A stretch of DNA of 64,000 bases from Octopus sinensis (GCF_006345805.1 NC_043004.1:8432001-8496000); one strand, 5' to 3'; counted from the first letter of the stretch, positions 40,863 to 54,300 are shown. The notes: generated from the letters alone by a model not told the origin. Made by a program: numbers and translations.

Positions 40863-41659
40863 CCAGCCACTACCACCACTTACACTACAGTAGAACCACA
40901 AGCCCTGCTACCAATACGAACACTATAAACACCCGCCTCTACCAACGCTACAAATAAAGCTACTTTCTACTCCAGATAAATACAGGTATATCAAATACCG
41001 TACAACATAAATTCTTGGTTTACTAAAATGATGTCTTCCTCTAGATGGTGTGTCATAATTATCAAATAACAACTGAGATCAGCTCCACTTGAGAAGAGAA
41101 CATAATCTCAAGAATTTTCCAAAAAAGTCGATGTTTCATTAAGGAAAAGAACAAGCTTATTCTCTGGAGACAAAAGGAATATTGCGGACACGTGTTTCTG
41201 GCTCAATAGCCTTCATCGGCACAGCAGTACTCCAACATTTTCACCAATGGACAAAGGGCTTAGATTTATACCAAACAGTGTAAAACATATGTAGGGCCGA
41301 CGTAATTTGCATAATTTAAACAAAACAGAGTAGTCACTGGCAAGATTCGAATAACGAAAACAAATACAGGTATATCAGATACCATACAGAATAAATATTT
41401 GATTTATTAAAATTATCTCCGCCTGTAGAGGATATGTGATAATTTCGAAATGGCAAGATTGCGACGTTCTCTTCACGCGACGTTCTCTTCACGCGACGAT
41501 AGTTTTAATAAATGAAGCCTTTATGCTGTATGGTGTTTGAGGCACCGGTTTTTGTCTGTGTACCATCTTTTCTAAACCATCAGTTCCTCCATATTACACT
41601 GAAATAATATTCTTTCTCCTCGATAACACCTCCATCCTTTCACTCGTATATATATATAT

Positions 41660-41940
41660 ATGGATGCAAGACATGATAACTGAAAACTAACCTAGAAAAG
41701 AAACTGGACGCTTTCGTTAGCAGTATCCTCTGGAAAATACTAGGCATCAAGTGGAACGATTTTATCGACAACGAGGAGGTCAGAAGCAGAGTAGACCAAT
41801 GTCCACTATCCATCACCATCTGATGGTGCCTGACTTAGTTGGCTGGGGTCTATTGTAGGACTCTCGACGAACAGAAATGGAAACCTCAGGGCAACCAGCT
41901 CAGGGGAAACCCAAGATGAACTGGCACAGACGATTAGCAG
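41660..41940 (+). mobile_element. RTE LINE C-terminal fragment
   Basis: LKTNLEKKLDAFVSSILWKILGIKWNDFIDNEEVRSRVDQ. Confidence 0.65.
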
Positions 41941-42470
41941 GAACCTTCATCTGGTTAACCTATGATGGAATGATGCACTGAGGGTGGGTGTTGGCTGATC
42001 CTGCTGGGTTAGTCTTACTGCCTCATGTATCACTCGACATGAGAGCACCTAAATCTCAATCTGATCACAACTCCAGCTTTCACTCTTCTTCTCTTACTCT
42101 CTTAGTCGAGCTCTCCCTTTCTCTCTCTTTGCCCTGCACTCCCTAGTTCTAGACGTTTGTTTAGTCAGCCTATTTGAACACACACCACAGTAATTGGAGC
42201 TTCGCTAACATTAATTCTCTTTGTAATGAAAGCAAGTTGGGTGTTTGTATGCAAGGTATCATTAGTATGGTCTATAATCTATGCATATTTAATATAATTC
42301 TGGTGGTAAGTTTTAATCAGGAATTTTTACTAAGAAGTCTAATTAAAACCATATGTATCACCAAGTTTTATTATGAGAGATTAATTTTCGTTCAACACAT
42401 GATGGCGGTCCATTCAGTGGAAAATAATCTTTGATACACTAATATTATTAGGATAGCATGTGTACTTGGG

Positions 42471-42552
<82 letters not shown>

Positions 42553-43039
42553 TCGACATCGACAACAACATATATATATATAATATATATATATATATAT
42601 GCATATCTATATATACATGTATACATGTACATCTGTTAATACATTATTTGCACATGAACCCAGACGTATTCATATTCATTAGTTCATGGTTTTTACGATG
42701 GCATAAATACATAAAATACATCAAATTAAATGAATATCTTTGTATTCATTTTATAACAAATTTTTTTTTCCTGGGCTGTATATATATATGTATATAGGTT
42801 TGTATAGCAATATTTACAAAGTTGGTAAAAATATATAACTCCCTCAGTAATACTGGCCTTGAACCCACAGACATTCAAATGTAAATATTATACACAGATG
42901 TTGTTTTTTCAAATATGACCAAAAAAAATTGCACTATAAAATAATTATAAGATACCTCACAGATAATTACAAATATACACGAACACACAATACATACACA
43001 AATAAATATATATTCATATATACTTATGTACACGCGCAG

Positions 43040-43072
<33 letters not shown>

Positions 43073-43074
43073 TA

Positions 43075-43134
<60 letters not shown>

Positions 43135-43162
43135 GGTCAACAATATATATATATATATGTGT

Positions 43163-43545
43163 GTGGAGGCGCAATGGCCCAGTGGTTAGGGCAGCGGACT
43201 CGCAGTCGTAGGATCGCGGTTTCGATTCCCAGACCGGGCGTTGTGAGTGTTTATTGAGCAAAAACACCTAAAGCTCCACGAGACTCCGGCAGGGATGGTT
43301 GGTGATCCCTACTGTACTCTTTCACCACAACTTTCTCTCACTCTTACTTCCTGTTTCTGTTGTACCTGTATTTCAAAGGGCCGGCCTTGTCACTCTCTGT
43401 GTCACGCTGAATATCCCCGAGAACTACGGTAAGGGTACACGTGTCTGTGGAGTGCTCAGCCACTTACACGTTAATTTCACGAGCAGGCTGTTCCGTTGAT
43501 CGGATCAATCGGAACCCTCGTCGTCGTAACCGACGGGGTGCTTCC
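43163..43545 (+). mobile_element. Young full-length SINE family C
   Basis: A-box TGGCCCAGTGG at 43175-43185; B-box GGTTTCGATTCCC at 43218-43230; 3' hairpin CGTCG-taac-CGACG. Confidence 0.9.
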
Positions 43546-43572
43546 TATATATATATATATATATATATATAT

Positions 43573-43773
43573 GACCGCGTGCGTACCGTTGGCGATTTTT
43601 TTCCGCCGTCTTCCCTTTCTTGGATCTTTCCTTTTCCTACGTTTCTGACGAAGAGATCCGCTCGAAATGTTAAATCCTCCGTCTTTCTTTCCTTTCCTGA
43701 GCGTCCAATAACACTATACTTGTTCCTCGTCCTCACGTTGTTGTGTTTTCTCTTTGTGTTTTCATGTTTGGAT

Positions 43774-43777
<4 letters not shown>
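43573..43777 (+). mobile_element. Solo PLE pLTR fragment with hammerhead-like motif (43641-43675), (TA)n on both sides
   Basis: gttt-CTGACGA-A-GAG atccg CTC-GAAA-TG-TT-aaat; same family as 13745-13932. Confidence 0.7.
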
Positions 43778-43814
<37 letters not shown>

Positions 43815-44464
43815 ATGTATGTATGTATGTATGTATGTATGTATGTATATAATGTATATATGTGTCATTATTCAATTTTATTTCAAGTTCATTTTTGCCA
43901 ATAGCGAAAGAGCCTGAATCCAATGCTCCGTCAGTGGAGAAACGGCACGGTATCTGCGAAATGAAATGTCAACCAAGTTACAACCATAAGTTTAATGGAA
44001 AACTAGACATTGTGTTTACGCTACAATGTTCTCATCATGAAAGGTAAATGACTGAATCAACTGATCAATTAATTTCGTTGAAGCCATTATCAGCAATCGT
44101 TTTTCTCCCTAATTGAGATTTGTATTGAACATCTGAGTCTCATTTCGTGCACATACACGCGCAAACGTACACCCCCCCCACACACGCGTGTATGTATTTC
44201 TAAGGCGAACAAAATGCTTAGAAGCATTTCTTTACGTTCTGAGTTCAAATGCCACCAAGGTCAACATTACCTTTCATCCCTTCCAGGTCGATAAAATAAA
44301 ATACGATCATTCAAGTTTTGGAGTCGATGTAATTGATTTGCCCCTGTCCCTTCAAAATTCCAGGCCTTGGCTCCTAAAAAGGAACAGGAATAGTTTTATG
44401 TGTCGTAAGAAGGAAAAAGAAAAAAAGGTGTTTGCGTGTAGGCATGACTGCCTTTATATACTCT

Positions 44465-44644
44465 CTTTACTCTCTTTACTCTTTTACTTGTTTCGGTCAT
44501 TTGACAGTGGCCATGCTGGAGCACCGCCTTTAGTCGAGAAATCGACCCCAGGACTTATTCTTTGTAAGCCTAGTAACCGCTAGGTTACAGGGACGTAAAC
44601 ACACCAGCATCGGTTCTCAAGCGATGTTGGGTGAACAAACACAG

Positions 44645-44679
<35 letters not shown>

Positions 44680-44851
44680 CATATATACGACGGGCTTCTT
44701 TCAGTTTCCGTCTACTAAATCCTCTCACAAGGCTTTGGTCGGCCCGAGGCTATAGTAGAAGACACTTGCCCAAGGTGCCACGCAGTGGGACTGAACCCGG
44801 AACCATGTGGTTGGTAAGCAAGCTACTTACCACTGAGCCACTCCTGCGCCT
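44465..44851 (-). mobile_element. SINE family D (near full length)
   Basis: Head AGGCGCAGGAGTGGCTCAGTGGTAAG..GGTTCCGGGTTCAGTCCC; CORE-like CACCTTGGGCAAGTGTCTT. Confidence 0.85.
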
Positions 44852-46478
44852 ATACAATAGTTTTGTTAATGATCGTTTGACTTTCGTAATTGATGACATT
44901 TAATTTCATAAAAACATCGTCGTGGTTTCGTAAAATGAAATAACAACCACTTCATTATAAAACTGGTTCTTGATGCAGTATTTGTGAGTATTTTTCTGCG
45001 TTTCTTTCATTGTAAATCGGCACTGGCGCACTGACCGTTAATTAACATAATTAATATTACAAATATTAGAATATATTACTTTAAGTGTTAACACGTGGGG
45101 AAAAATGTACCGAAAAACAGTTGTTATATTGGATTTCACTGAAGTTTTCTTTCCATGCCCTTAAAAATTGATGTAATCGCAAATAATATTTAAAAGAAAA
45201 CACGAAATTAATACCCTATACATCATAATTTGAAAAATTAATTTTACTTAAGCAAAGATTATATTTCTACAGGTCGCTAAATAATAAAATGTCATCTGCT
45301 TTAATTTTTAAATAAATATAATTTAGTTGCAATTAAGATTAAAATATTATTACGTAATTAGCAAGATTATGGTAAATTCATAATATATTGGTCATGATAA
45401 TATTAAAATTAATCTTAGTTTTACTGATAACTGATTCTGGAGCAGAATATCGGTTTTAGTCTTAATTATTGCCAATATTGACCTAGAATATTGCAAAACG
45501 GATTTATAAACGCCGCCAAGCGGTGTATAATTGTATTTATTACATATGTGTGTGGATTTTTATTCCCTTTCTCCATTTCATGAAAAGGCGAGGCTTCAGC
45601 AACAGCTTTCTTATGAAAAATCGGTATCTTACGCAAGTTTTCACTTCGGACATCAATTTAGATCACTTCATTCAGTGTAAATTTTGGAATTTTAAATAAT
45701 TTTCTAAATATTGTAATGTCGCGAAAAATATTCTTAAAAATATACTTTTACGATCGGATAACACGTGATAATGGTTTCTGCTGCTGTACGATTGCAAAGC
45801 CGATAATTTTCTTCATGAAGAACCCAACTTCAATCTTGGCTGCTGTCAATATTGGTCAATATCTCTGACCTGGAATAATCTAAGAAAACAGTAGACTACA
45901 GTGAGTAATATGTTTACTTCTTATTTGTTACTAATCGTATTTGATGTAAAGGAATAATTATTAGTTTTAACTAGAAGCAAATAATCCAATAGATTAATTT
46001 AGTTAACATGGTAAATCGTATTTGTTATAATAAATGTTCGAACAAATTATTATTGATCGCAAGCGTTCTGTGGTAGGAAAAGGTTGTTTAGAAAGTATTT
46101 CGTTTCATTTGAGAAGACTGCGGTTAATTCTAAAGGAACATGATGTTTATTTTTGTTGAACAAAGTAACTTCCTGAGGTAAGCCTGCTTTTCAACACTTA
46201 GGAAAACAGTTACTGAAGAAGGATTATATTCAGGATATATAAATAAATCAGTTGAATGTTATCTGTATCTGAAACTATTGAAAAAGAAAAAAAAATGAAC
46301 AGGACTCGGAATACATTTCTAGATAAAAGCAAGTAGAAAAGCTGAGAGTAAAACGGAAGAACGAATGAGAAAACAATGATAATTTTACAAAAGTATGAAA
46401 GTACCACTACAATGTGCTATTTCAGAGTAGAACAGTAACATTTTCTGTAATTTATAACCTTTATTTATTTATTTATTT

Positions 46479-46514
<36 letters not shown>

Positions 46515-46779
46515 TTGTATGTCTTGTGTTTTGTGAACAACAGCGTCATTGATTCTACTTCCCTAAAAGGTTGATCACGGGTTCAATGCACTTCTGGCAG
46601 CGGGAGTAACAACAGAATGTCTGTGTAACTTGGGCCTTGAAATGAATAACGTGCTTTTTTTCTTTGTTTTCACCGATATACATGACATAAAAATGTGTGT
46701 ATATATAAATACATACATACATACATATATATATATATACGCACATACACGACAGCCCATGAAAAGTATTGAAAAATAC

Positions 46780-47445
46780 AGATTGCAACAGAACTTGATC
46801 CACGATATTAAAACTTGAAGTGTATATCGGACGATTCAAAAGAACAAACTTGGTTATTTATTGGACAACAAATGGCAGCTGATGTTAATGATGACCGGTT
46901 GAAGACTAATGCATAAGGTGATACGGACAGTGTCAATAAAACTATATGCGAACCTAATGAAAAGCGTATTGAGCTGATGGAGTCTGACTCAGTCTTAGAA
47001 GAGGTTCTGATGAAGTACAACGATATAAAATGGAGAAAGAAGTTGTTAAACCAGTTGATCCACTACAATGGTGGGAACTTAATGAACATCGATATCCTAA
47101 ATTGGCGTTTTTTGCCAAGACTGTTCTGTACTTAGCAGCTACCTCGGTTCCGTGTGAACGATTATTTAGCTCTGCTGGTTACATTGTTAACAAGACGCGC
47201 TCATCACTTGAACCAAATACTGTTAACATGTTTGTGTGTTAGCGTAACTGGTTATCCAACGACATCTGAGTGAAAAAACGCCAATGCTGTTTCTTGTTTT
47301 TCACTGAATTTTAATTGAGAGATCATAAACTTGTCAATAAATGCAACTGCAGATATTTTGTGTTTTAATCGAAATTAACTATTAATCGTTAATTTCTCAA
47401 AAGTTAATTAATAAAATTAAATTCATCGTTACTAGTGGACACCTA
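46780..47445 (+). mobile_element. hAT transposon 3' remnant (C-terminal dimerisation domain)
   Basis: IATELDPRY; DPLQWWELNEHRYPKLAFFAKTVLYLAATSVPCERLFSSAGYIVNKTRSSLEP. The putative right end ...CACCTA would give a TAG-start TIR. Confidence 0.88.
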
Positions 47446-47527
47446 ATATACTAAACATAGACGTCAAATCATCATTACCATGAAGAGTGTGATCTCAAGA
47501 AAAATCTCAGCAAAACGCCAAAATGTA

Positions 47528-47567
<40 letters not shown>

Positions 47568-47639
47568 TTAGATTGGTTTCAGTCATTATCGGTCTAGGTC
47601 ATCACTAACTCAGTAGCACCACCTGTAAAAGTCTTTTAG

Positions 47640-48411
47640 TTAATTATTTCGGGACATCATGGACGACTCAAGCAGAGAGTTGTTGCTGGTTGAGACGTAT
47701 CCAGGTGTAGGGGGTTTATCCAGTATTTCCTGGAGGAATTTTTCCAGGTACCGTTGGAAAGTTGTGGGGTCTTTTTCTACTTTCTTTCGGGATAACGTTG
47801 AAAAGTGCAGGACCATTTGCAGTGAAGAAATTGTGTTGCAATGTGATGTGATCTCGACCTTTGTAGGGGACGCATTGCACGGGGGCCTAGTCTTGGGTGA
47901 ATTGTAAACATAATACCAATATCATTTGGATAATATAGGTGAAATATTTTCCACTTGGTGCAAATAATGTATCGCTCGCGGTGGCGTTGCAGAGAATAGA
48001 GCTTCAGATGTTTACGTCGAACCCAATAATCAAGTCCCATCATGCCATTTATTTTTTTAGTGATTCATCTTTGTGGTGCTTCGATCCTCATTATGTCTTG
48101 TTTTTTTTTTTTGTAGGGGGGTCGCAACAGGTAGCAGTATTCGAGGTGGGGCCTGGCGAGTGTGGAGAAGAGAAGGATGATGGTTTCATGATCCCTAGAT
48201 TGAAAAGTTCTGAGGGTCGATGAACACATTCTGCGAGCAACATCGACTTTTTTGTTGATGCGCACGCTCCAGCTAAAGTTGCTGTCGACAGTTACACCTA
48301 AGTCTTTGATATTATCCGACGGTTGAAGAAGGTCTCCCGACGGTTGCGTTTATGGTTGTTTGAGTGTGCCCTCTCTTCCAAAGTGGATAAGCTCAAATTT
48401 CTCTTCGTTCA

Positions 48412-48417
<6 letters not shown>
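47640..48417 (-). mobile_element. CR1/L2-like LINE 3' remnant
   Basis: QLNEEKFELIHFG..IKDLGVTVDSNFSW; TFQSRDHETIILLFSTLARPHLEYC; LKLYSLQRHRERY. Confidence 0.88.
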
Positions 48418-48447
<30 letters not shown>

Positions 48448-48709
48448 ACACACACACATATATATATATATAAAATTCTTATTCAACGTGATATCATATC
48501 GTATATATTCTGTGTATGTCGGACCTTTTTTACATGTAAACATGTACATTTTTTTGTATTAAATGTGTTTAATATTTTTTTTATATCCACTTACCTAACT
48601 TGCTCATACTGAAATTTACTCCTCTACCTTCTCAAGTTTAAATCTCTTGAGCACTACAAAGAGTATTCTATACAGAGAATACCTGTCTCTCATCTATAAG
48701 CTACGTATA

Positions 48710-48755
<46 letters not shown>

Positions 48756-49487
48756 TGTGTGTGTGTGTCTTTGCGTCTGTGTTACACATATAAATATTTT
48801 TATAAGTATAAAGTTTTATTAATTGTTTGGGTTCAATTATATTTATTACTGATTCTCAGTTCATCGACCTTTAACGACAAAAATGTCGAAGGTCTATAGC
48901 AGTAAAATTTCTTCTGTGGTTGAAACCCTATAAAAAAACTCATTCTTTTTGTTTTCGCCTCATATCGTTCTCTCCTCGTTTATGAAAATATACAGAGTAA
49001 ACTGTCTGAGACAATTATAAACACAGACAGGACTCTGGTAAATTGTAGAATAAAACACCAGCAAACATGTGTTTATATTCAGTCGTTGAAAGAGCCACAG
49101 ATTAATCGGCAGAGAAGAATGATTTATTCTCGTTAATAACAATCTTTGTATATATTTATGTCTGTCCCTTGGCTCTTTTGTGACTGGAGCTGCGCTATGT
49201 CCATAGAAATGGCATTCTGCATTTAGATTGGCCAATTAAGGTAAGTTGTATGTTTGTACTAGATTGGACGAGAAGTGGTTTACCAATTTAAGAAGCAAAT
49301 ACTCTAAAAGTAATTCATATTGCTTACGTTTCTTCAGACATATTAGATTCATCCAGCGAGAGGGGCCGGGAGACATTTTGGGCCCCGCAGCTTCCCATTA
49401 TAAATTAGTTATTGTTCACCTCCCATTTATGAATACCTGGTAATTATTTTGATAGTTTGTTTTTGTAGAGAATGAATCGTCTAAACC

Positions 49488-49533
<46 letters not shown>

Positions 49534-50204
49534 GGCGAGAGAGAAAGGGAAAGAAAAAGAGAATGAGAGTAAGAGAGGGCGAGAGAGAAAGAGAGAGAGA
49601 GAGAGAGAAATCGACACCAGTATATGATTTATCTTTCATTTGAATAACCTAACAAAACAACGCAAGATCTTTTGTTCGCCACTCTCTCGATTCTGACTCC
49701 CAATTACCTTTCATGATTTTAGAACTATTTTTATTGATAACATTACAAACATGGTCACCCGTTTACAGGCTGTGAGGTATAATAGTCAATTAGTTGACCC
49801 CAGTATATGACTGGGACTTTATCTTATTGACTTGAAAGGATGAAAGCCAAAGATTACTTTGTTAGGAATCGAGCTTAAAGCACAAAGGTGTGTAAATTAT
49901 AAACGTAATCCTTTTTCGTTTTCGGATTCTTCTATCAATTATTATTCCCCAAACAACTATTATCGATTTGAAAATATTGATTTCAAACTTTGACACAAGA
50001 CTATCGATTTCATTGAGAGAGGGACGTAGAGTATTAGTGGCGGATCTTCGATGATGTTTATTTGATCAATCAAAGACTAATGTACAAGCTGACGCCGGCG
50101 CATTTTGAATTCAGGTCAGTGTGTAATGATGTATGAAGACATCAAATTCGTTGCTCCACCGATTCTGCCAGATCACCATCTTTAATAATCGTAAAAATAA
50201 CGAT

Positions 50205-50410
50205 GTCTAACACAGGCACAGAGCCGTCTTTCTGGAAAGAAGAAAAGTTATTCTATTAAATGTATGCCAGTATATGACTGGTACTTTATTTTCTCAACCC
50301 CCGGAGAGTAAAGGGCAAAGTTGATTGCGGAGGGATTTGATTTCAGAACGTACAGGAGATACCACAAGGTTCCTTGTCCGATGATCTACCGACCCTGCCA
50401 GTCCATTGTC
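50205..50410 (-). mobile_element. SINE family A (degenerate); further fragments at ~49610-49870
   Basis: CCAGTATATGACTGGTACTTTATTTT..GGGATTTGATTTCAGAACGT. Confidence 0.6.
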
Positions 50411-51470
50411 TTAATAATTGCGAAAATAATATAAAGTTTTTCTGTTTATTTTTGCATTTCATATCTTGCTCTCCCCCTAAATAGATATTCGCCAAATCTA
50501 GAATAGTAATTTCTGAGAGAAGATTTGTGATTTAGTTCTGTAATTCTATATTCTTTCGTTCTAAATAAACCGCTTCTTATTTCTGTCTCGCTATTTTCAG
50601 TATTGATACTATCTCGAATAAATATTGGTGAACTTTGCCATCTAAATTTATGATTATATTTCTTATATTTCACTGAAACACTGAAATCCTGCTTGCGTTA
50701 TTTTTTTTACTCGAATATTCTCATTTAAAATTCTGTAAGAAGAGTAATTTTAGAACAAAACAGTGTTTATGATTTCACCATGGTGTTTATAATTGCAACA
50801 ATATGTGGAATTACGGGAAAAGTATACTGGACGAAAGAAAACTACCAAAAGCCACGTTGATACCGTTTGGGCATCAGTTTCATTTATTATATATAGATTG
50901 CCCATAGCCCCCAAAATTTGACTTTGTGTCCCCGTTGTGTTCCGAAAGATGACAACAAGATTTTCCTTATTATAGTCTACTTAGTTTGGAGTTAGATCTA
51001 AGAAAACAGAACCACTTAGTAATATAATTCTTTTCTATCTGAATATCGGGCAAATGTTTCGTAGATTTACAGCACTGAATTTACAACCCATCACAGATGA
51101 CTTGTGTTACAGGGGCATATTACCCTATTATGGAGAGTTTATGGATACCAACTGCTCTTCAAGCGAAAATGCATTTGAGATTACATTAATGCTTAAGCCC
51201 TGCTTTGTGAATAGCTGACGTGGTAGACTGGCAATGGAGTGAACCTAACGCGACTTCAATCAACAAATTATTTGTAAGTTAGAGTTAACATATTTATTGC
51301 TGGGATCATTGAAACGCTGAACTAGCAATAAATAGGCTGCGAGAAAAATGAAAACGATAGCATACAATTAGCGTTGTTAGTTTCCTTTCCATTAAGTAGA
51401 ATATGTGTGTGTATGCGGGCGTGCGCATGCGTGTGCGTGTGTGTATACACACACATGCATACATACATAC

Positions 51471-51502
<32 letters not shown>

Positions 51503-51852
51503 AGCTGATGGCGTTTCTGATAGTTTTAAAACGAAAATGATATACCATGATATGCATTTTAGAAGAAATAATGATGAATATTTACAAAGAATAAGCTACA
51601 CGAATCCTTCGGGACTTCCTAACAAGACATTTAGACATTTATCGTTCTTTCGTGAATGTCATGAATGGAAAGCATCCACTGCATTGAGAATTTGCTGGAA
51701 TACTAGCCAAACCGTTTCCAAATGCTTAAGTGCTGGGTTAAGTGCTAAACGCTATTAGGTTGCCTCAAACGATATTTAAAGTGTTATACAGCTAACAATT
51801 TAAAAATGCAACATTTACCAGAATGCTATAAAAAATGTACATAAACATACAC

Positions 51853-51888
<36 letters not shown>

Positions 51889-52019
51889 ACGCACAACAAA
51901 TGATGAACACAAGTTTCCTTACACACTCGGATTTATCACATTTGCTCTCTGTAGCAAATCCAATAATACTACTAAGTTCAGTCGTAACCAAAACATTGTA
52001 TATATCAAACTGTTTTGAT

Positions 52020-52064
<45 letters not shown>

Positions 52065-52187
52065 GAGAGAGAGAGAGAGAGAGGTTATGAGAGGTAATGT
52101 CATTGAGACCCAAAGGTGTCAGATAATGCTGGCCGCAGTTAAGTTCTAGATTCGGTGGTTATGGGAATAAGAGTTTCAACGTTGGTC

Positions 52188-52435
52188 ATAGAGTGAGGTG
52201 GAGGAAAGGAAACAAAATAGATGTGAGATATCTCACATGTATTCTCTTTTATTTCCTCCACCTCGCACTCTATTTTGTATCTTATCTAAATTAACTATTT
52301 CTTAATCATCCTCTCACACCGTCTCCAATGAAGGGATATAATAAATATCCTAGAAACAGCTGTAAGACCTTCTATCTATAAATGTTCTAAAATCAACTCA
52401 CCCTTGGTTTTTTATCTCATTACGAAATAAAATTG
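52188..52435 (+). mobile_element. PLE pLTR fragment: palindromic junction plus hammerhead-like motif (52321-52368)
   Basis: gtct-CCAATGA-A-GGGATAT aataa ATATCCT-A-GAAA-CAGCTG-TA-agac; inverted arms at 52188-52273. Confidence 0.65.
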
Positions 52436-52479
<44 letters not shown>

Positions 52480-52547
52480 TATATATATATATATGTATGT
52501 GTGTGTGTATGTGTGTGTGTATGTGTGTGTGTGTGTGCGTGCGTGTG

Positions 52548-52747
52548 AGGTTGGTGCATAATCATTGCGGCTTTTTTCCAATAAATTTTATTCAAGAAAA
52601 ACAATAACAACATTTAACAAATACATCTTTAAATGATTATTCCGAAGCCTATTCACCATCTACTTCTTTCTGCTTGGAGTTTTGTTACAGTTTTTTGTTG
52701 AATAAAATTTATTGAAAAAAAGCCGCCATGATTATGCACCAACCTAA
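52548..52747. mobile_element. Mariner-derived MITE (~200 bp, ~48-bp TIRs)
   Basis: AGGTTGGTGCATAATCATTGCGGCTTTTTTCCAATAAATTTTATTCAA ... TTGAATAAAATTTATTGAAAAAAAGCCGCCATGATTATGCACCAACCT. Confidence 0.88.
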
Positions 52748-52757
52748 GATATATATA

Positions 52758-52808
<51 letters not shown>

Positions 52809-52859
52809 AATGCACACATACATATATATATAAATATAAGATATATGATATATGAGAAA

Positions 52860-53720
52860 AGGAGACAATGATGGTCCTTTGGAAGCTATACATCCTTAGC
52901 CGCTTGGACTTCTGCTCCCAACTATGGTCACCACGCAATATAAAATTAACGGTGGAGCTCGAAGCAATCCAAGGAAGCTACACAAAGAAAATCGTCTCAC
53001 TGCAACGCATCAGCTATTAGGGAAGAGTGAAATAATTAAAACTCTTCTGCCTGGAACGAAGTGGGAAAGATATGCAGTGATATACATCTGGAAAATCCTG
53101 GAAGTCCTTGTACCAAACTTTGGCGTTGAAAGTTACACAAACAGCAGAACGGAGAACCATTGCATAGTGTCAAAGATCTCAGCATCACCATCAAAACACA
53201 GGACCAGCTGGCAGAATCGTAAGCACGCTGGAGGATATACTTATCGGTATTTCGTCCATCTTTACGTTCTGAGTTCAAATTCCGCCGAGGTCGACTTTGA
53301 CTTTTATCCTTTCGGGGTCGATAAATTCAGTATCAGTTACGCACTGGGCTCGATGTAATCGACTTAATCCCTTTGTCTGTCCTTGTTTGTCTCCTCTATG
53401 TTAACCCCTTGTGGGCAATGAAAAATAAGATACTGAATCAGTTTGGGTTTCAAAGGCCCAGCTCTTTAATAACACTCTAAAATGCCTGAGAGACCTGCAT
53501 AGTGTAGATGTAGGTGTCTTCAAAGCAAAAATGGATCTCCTCCTGTCAAGGGTTCCAGATAAACCTATTTCACGCCGGAAAACACAAATGAAGGCAACAG
53601 CATCAAACACCCTCAATCACCAAATGCTACAGATCAGAGATGGTTTCAAATAATGGTGAAGCACAGCTAACGGTGGTGCCCTAGCATGACCACAGCTTTA
53701 AAACTGAAACAGGTTAAAGA
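52860..53720 (+). mobile_element. CR1/L2-like LINE 3' remnant interrupted by SINE A (53206-53428)
   Basis: ETMMVLWKLYILSRLDFCSQLWSP; ERYAVIYIWKILEVLVPNFGVESY. After the SINE it resumes ..CLRDLHSVDVGVFKAKMDLLLSRVPDKP. Confidence 0.85.
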
Positions 53721-53734
53721 GTTTATATATATAT

Positions 53735-54300
53735 TCTAAACGCGTGCTTGTAATGATAAATTACATGGTTATTGACGTTGTGTCTATTTTCGGCATATTT
53801 TGGCATTAGAAATTTTTACTTTTGCCCTTACTTATAAATTGTTTATAAATTCAACGTTTAAAGGTACTTTTTAATATGCTGGCCACTGATAGAATTTTTT
53901 TCGAAAAATGTTATCCTACATTAGACGTTAATTTAATAGTGTTCACTTCTGGACTCTCTCACTTTACTAGAATTTTTAGTTCGAATCGCACGTGTCTCGA
54001 GATGGGCTAGAGAGTTTCTATTTTGGATATATTTGGGGTACTTAATTGTGCTCATGACTTAGTATTCGCGTCATCCATGGGTATAAATAAGTATTTCACT
54101 TATTTCTTTGCCGCATTTATCACTGATGAAGGGAAGGTTCTTATGAACTAACTCTGAAATCGGGTTAGATATGGTAATAACGGGAATTTTTAGAAATTCG
54201 AAATGCGTGCTTGTAGTGATAAATTACATGGTTATTGACGTTATGTCTATTTTCGGCATATTTTGGCATTAGAATTTTTTGTTTTGTTCTTATAAATTAT
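53735..54300 (+). mobile_element. Probable PLE pLTR region with 70-bp direct repeat and hammerhead-like motif (54118-54172)
   Basis: 53742-53811 is approximately repeated at 54205-54274; CTGATGA-AGGG..AGGTTC ttat GAACCT..CTCT-GAAA. Confidence 0.5.

Noticed and set aside
43163-43240. SINE heads as genuine tRNA genes
   Set aside because: A and B boxes are present, but there is no full cloverleaf and each continues into a SINE body.
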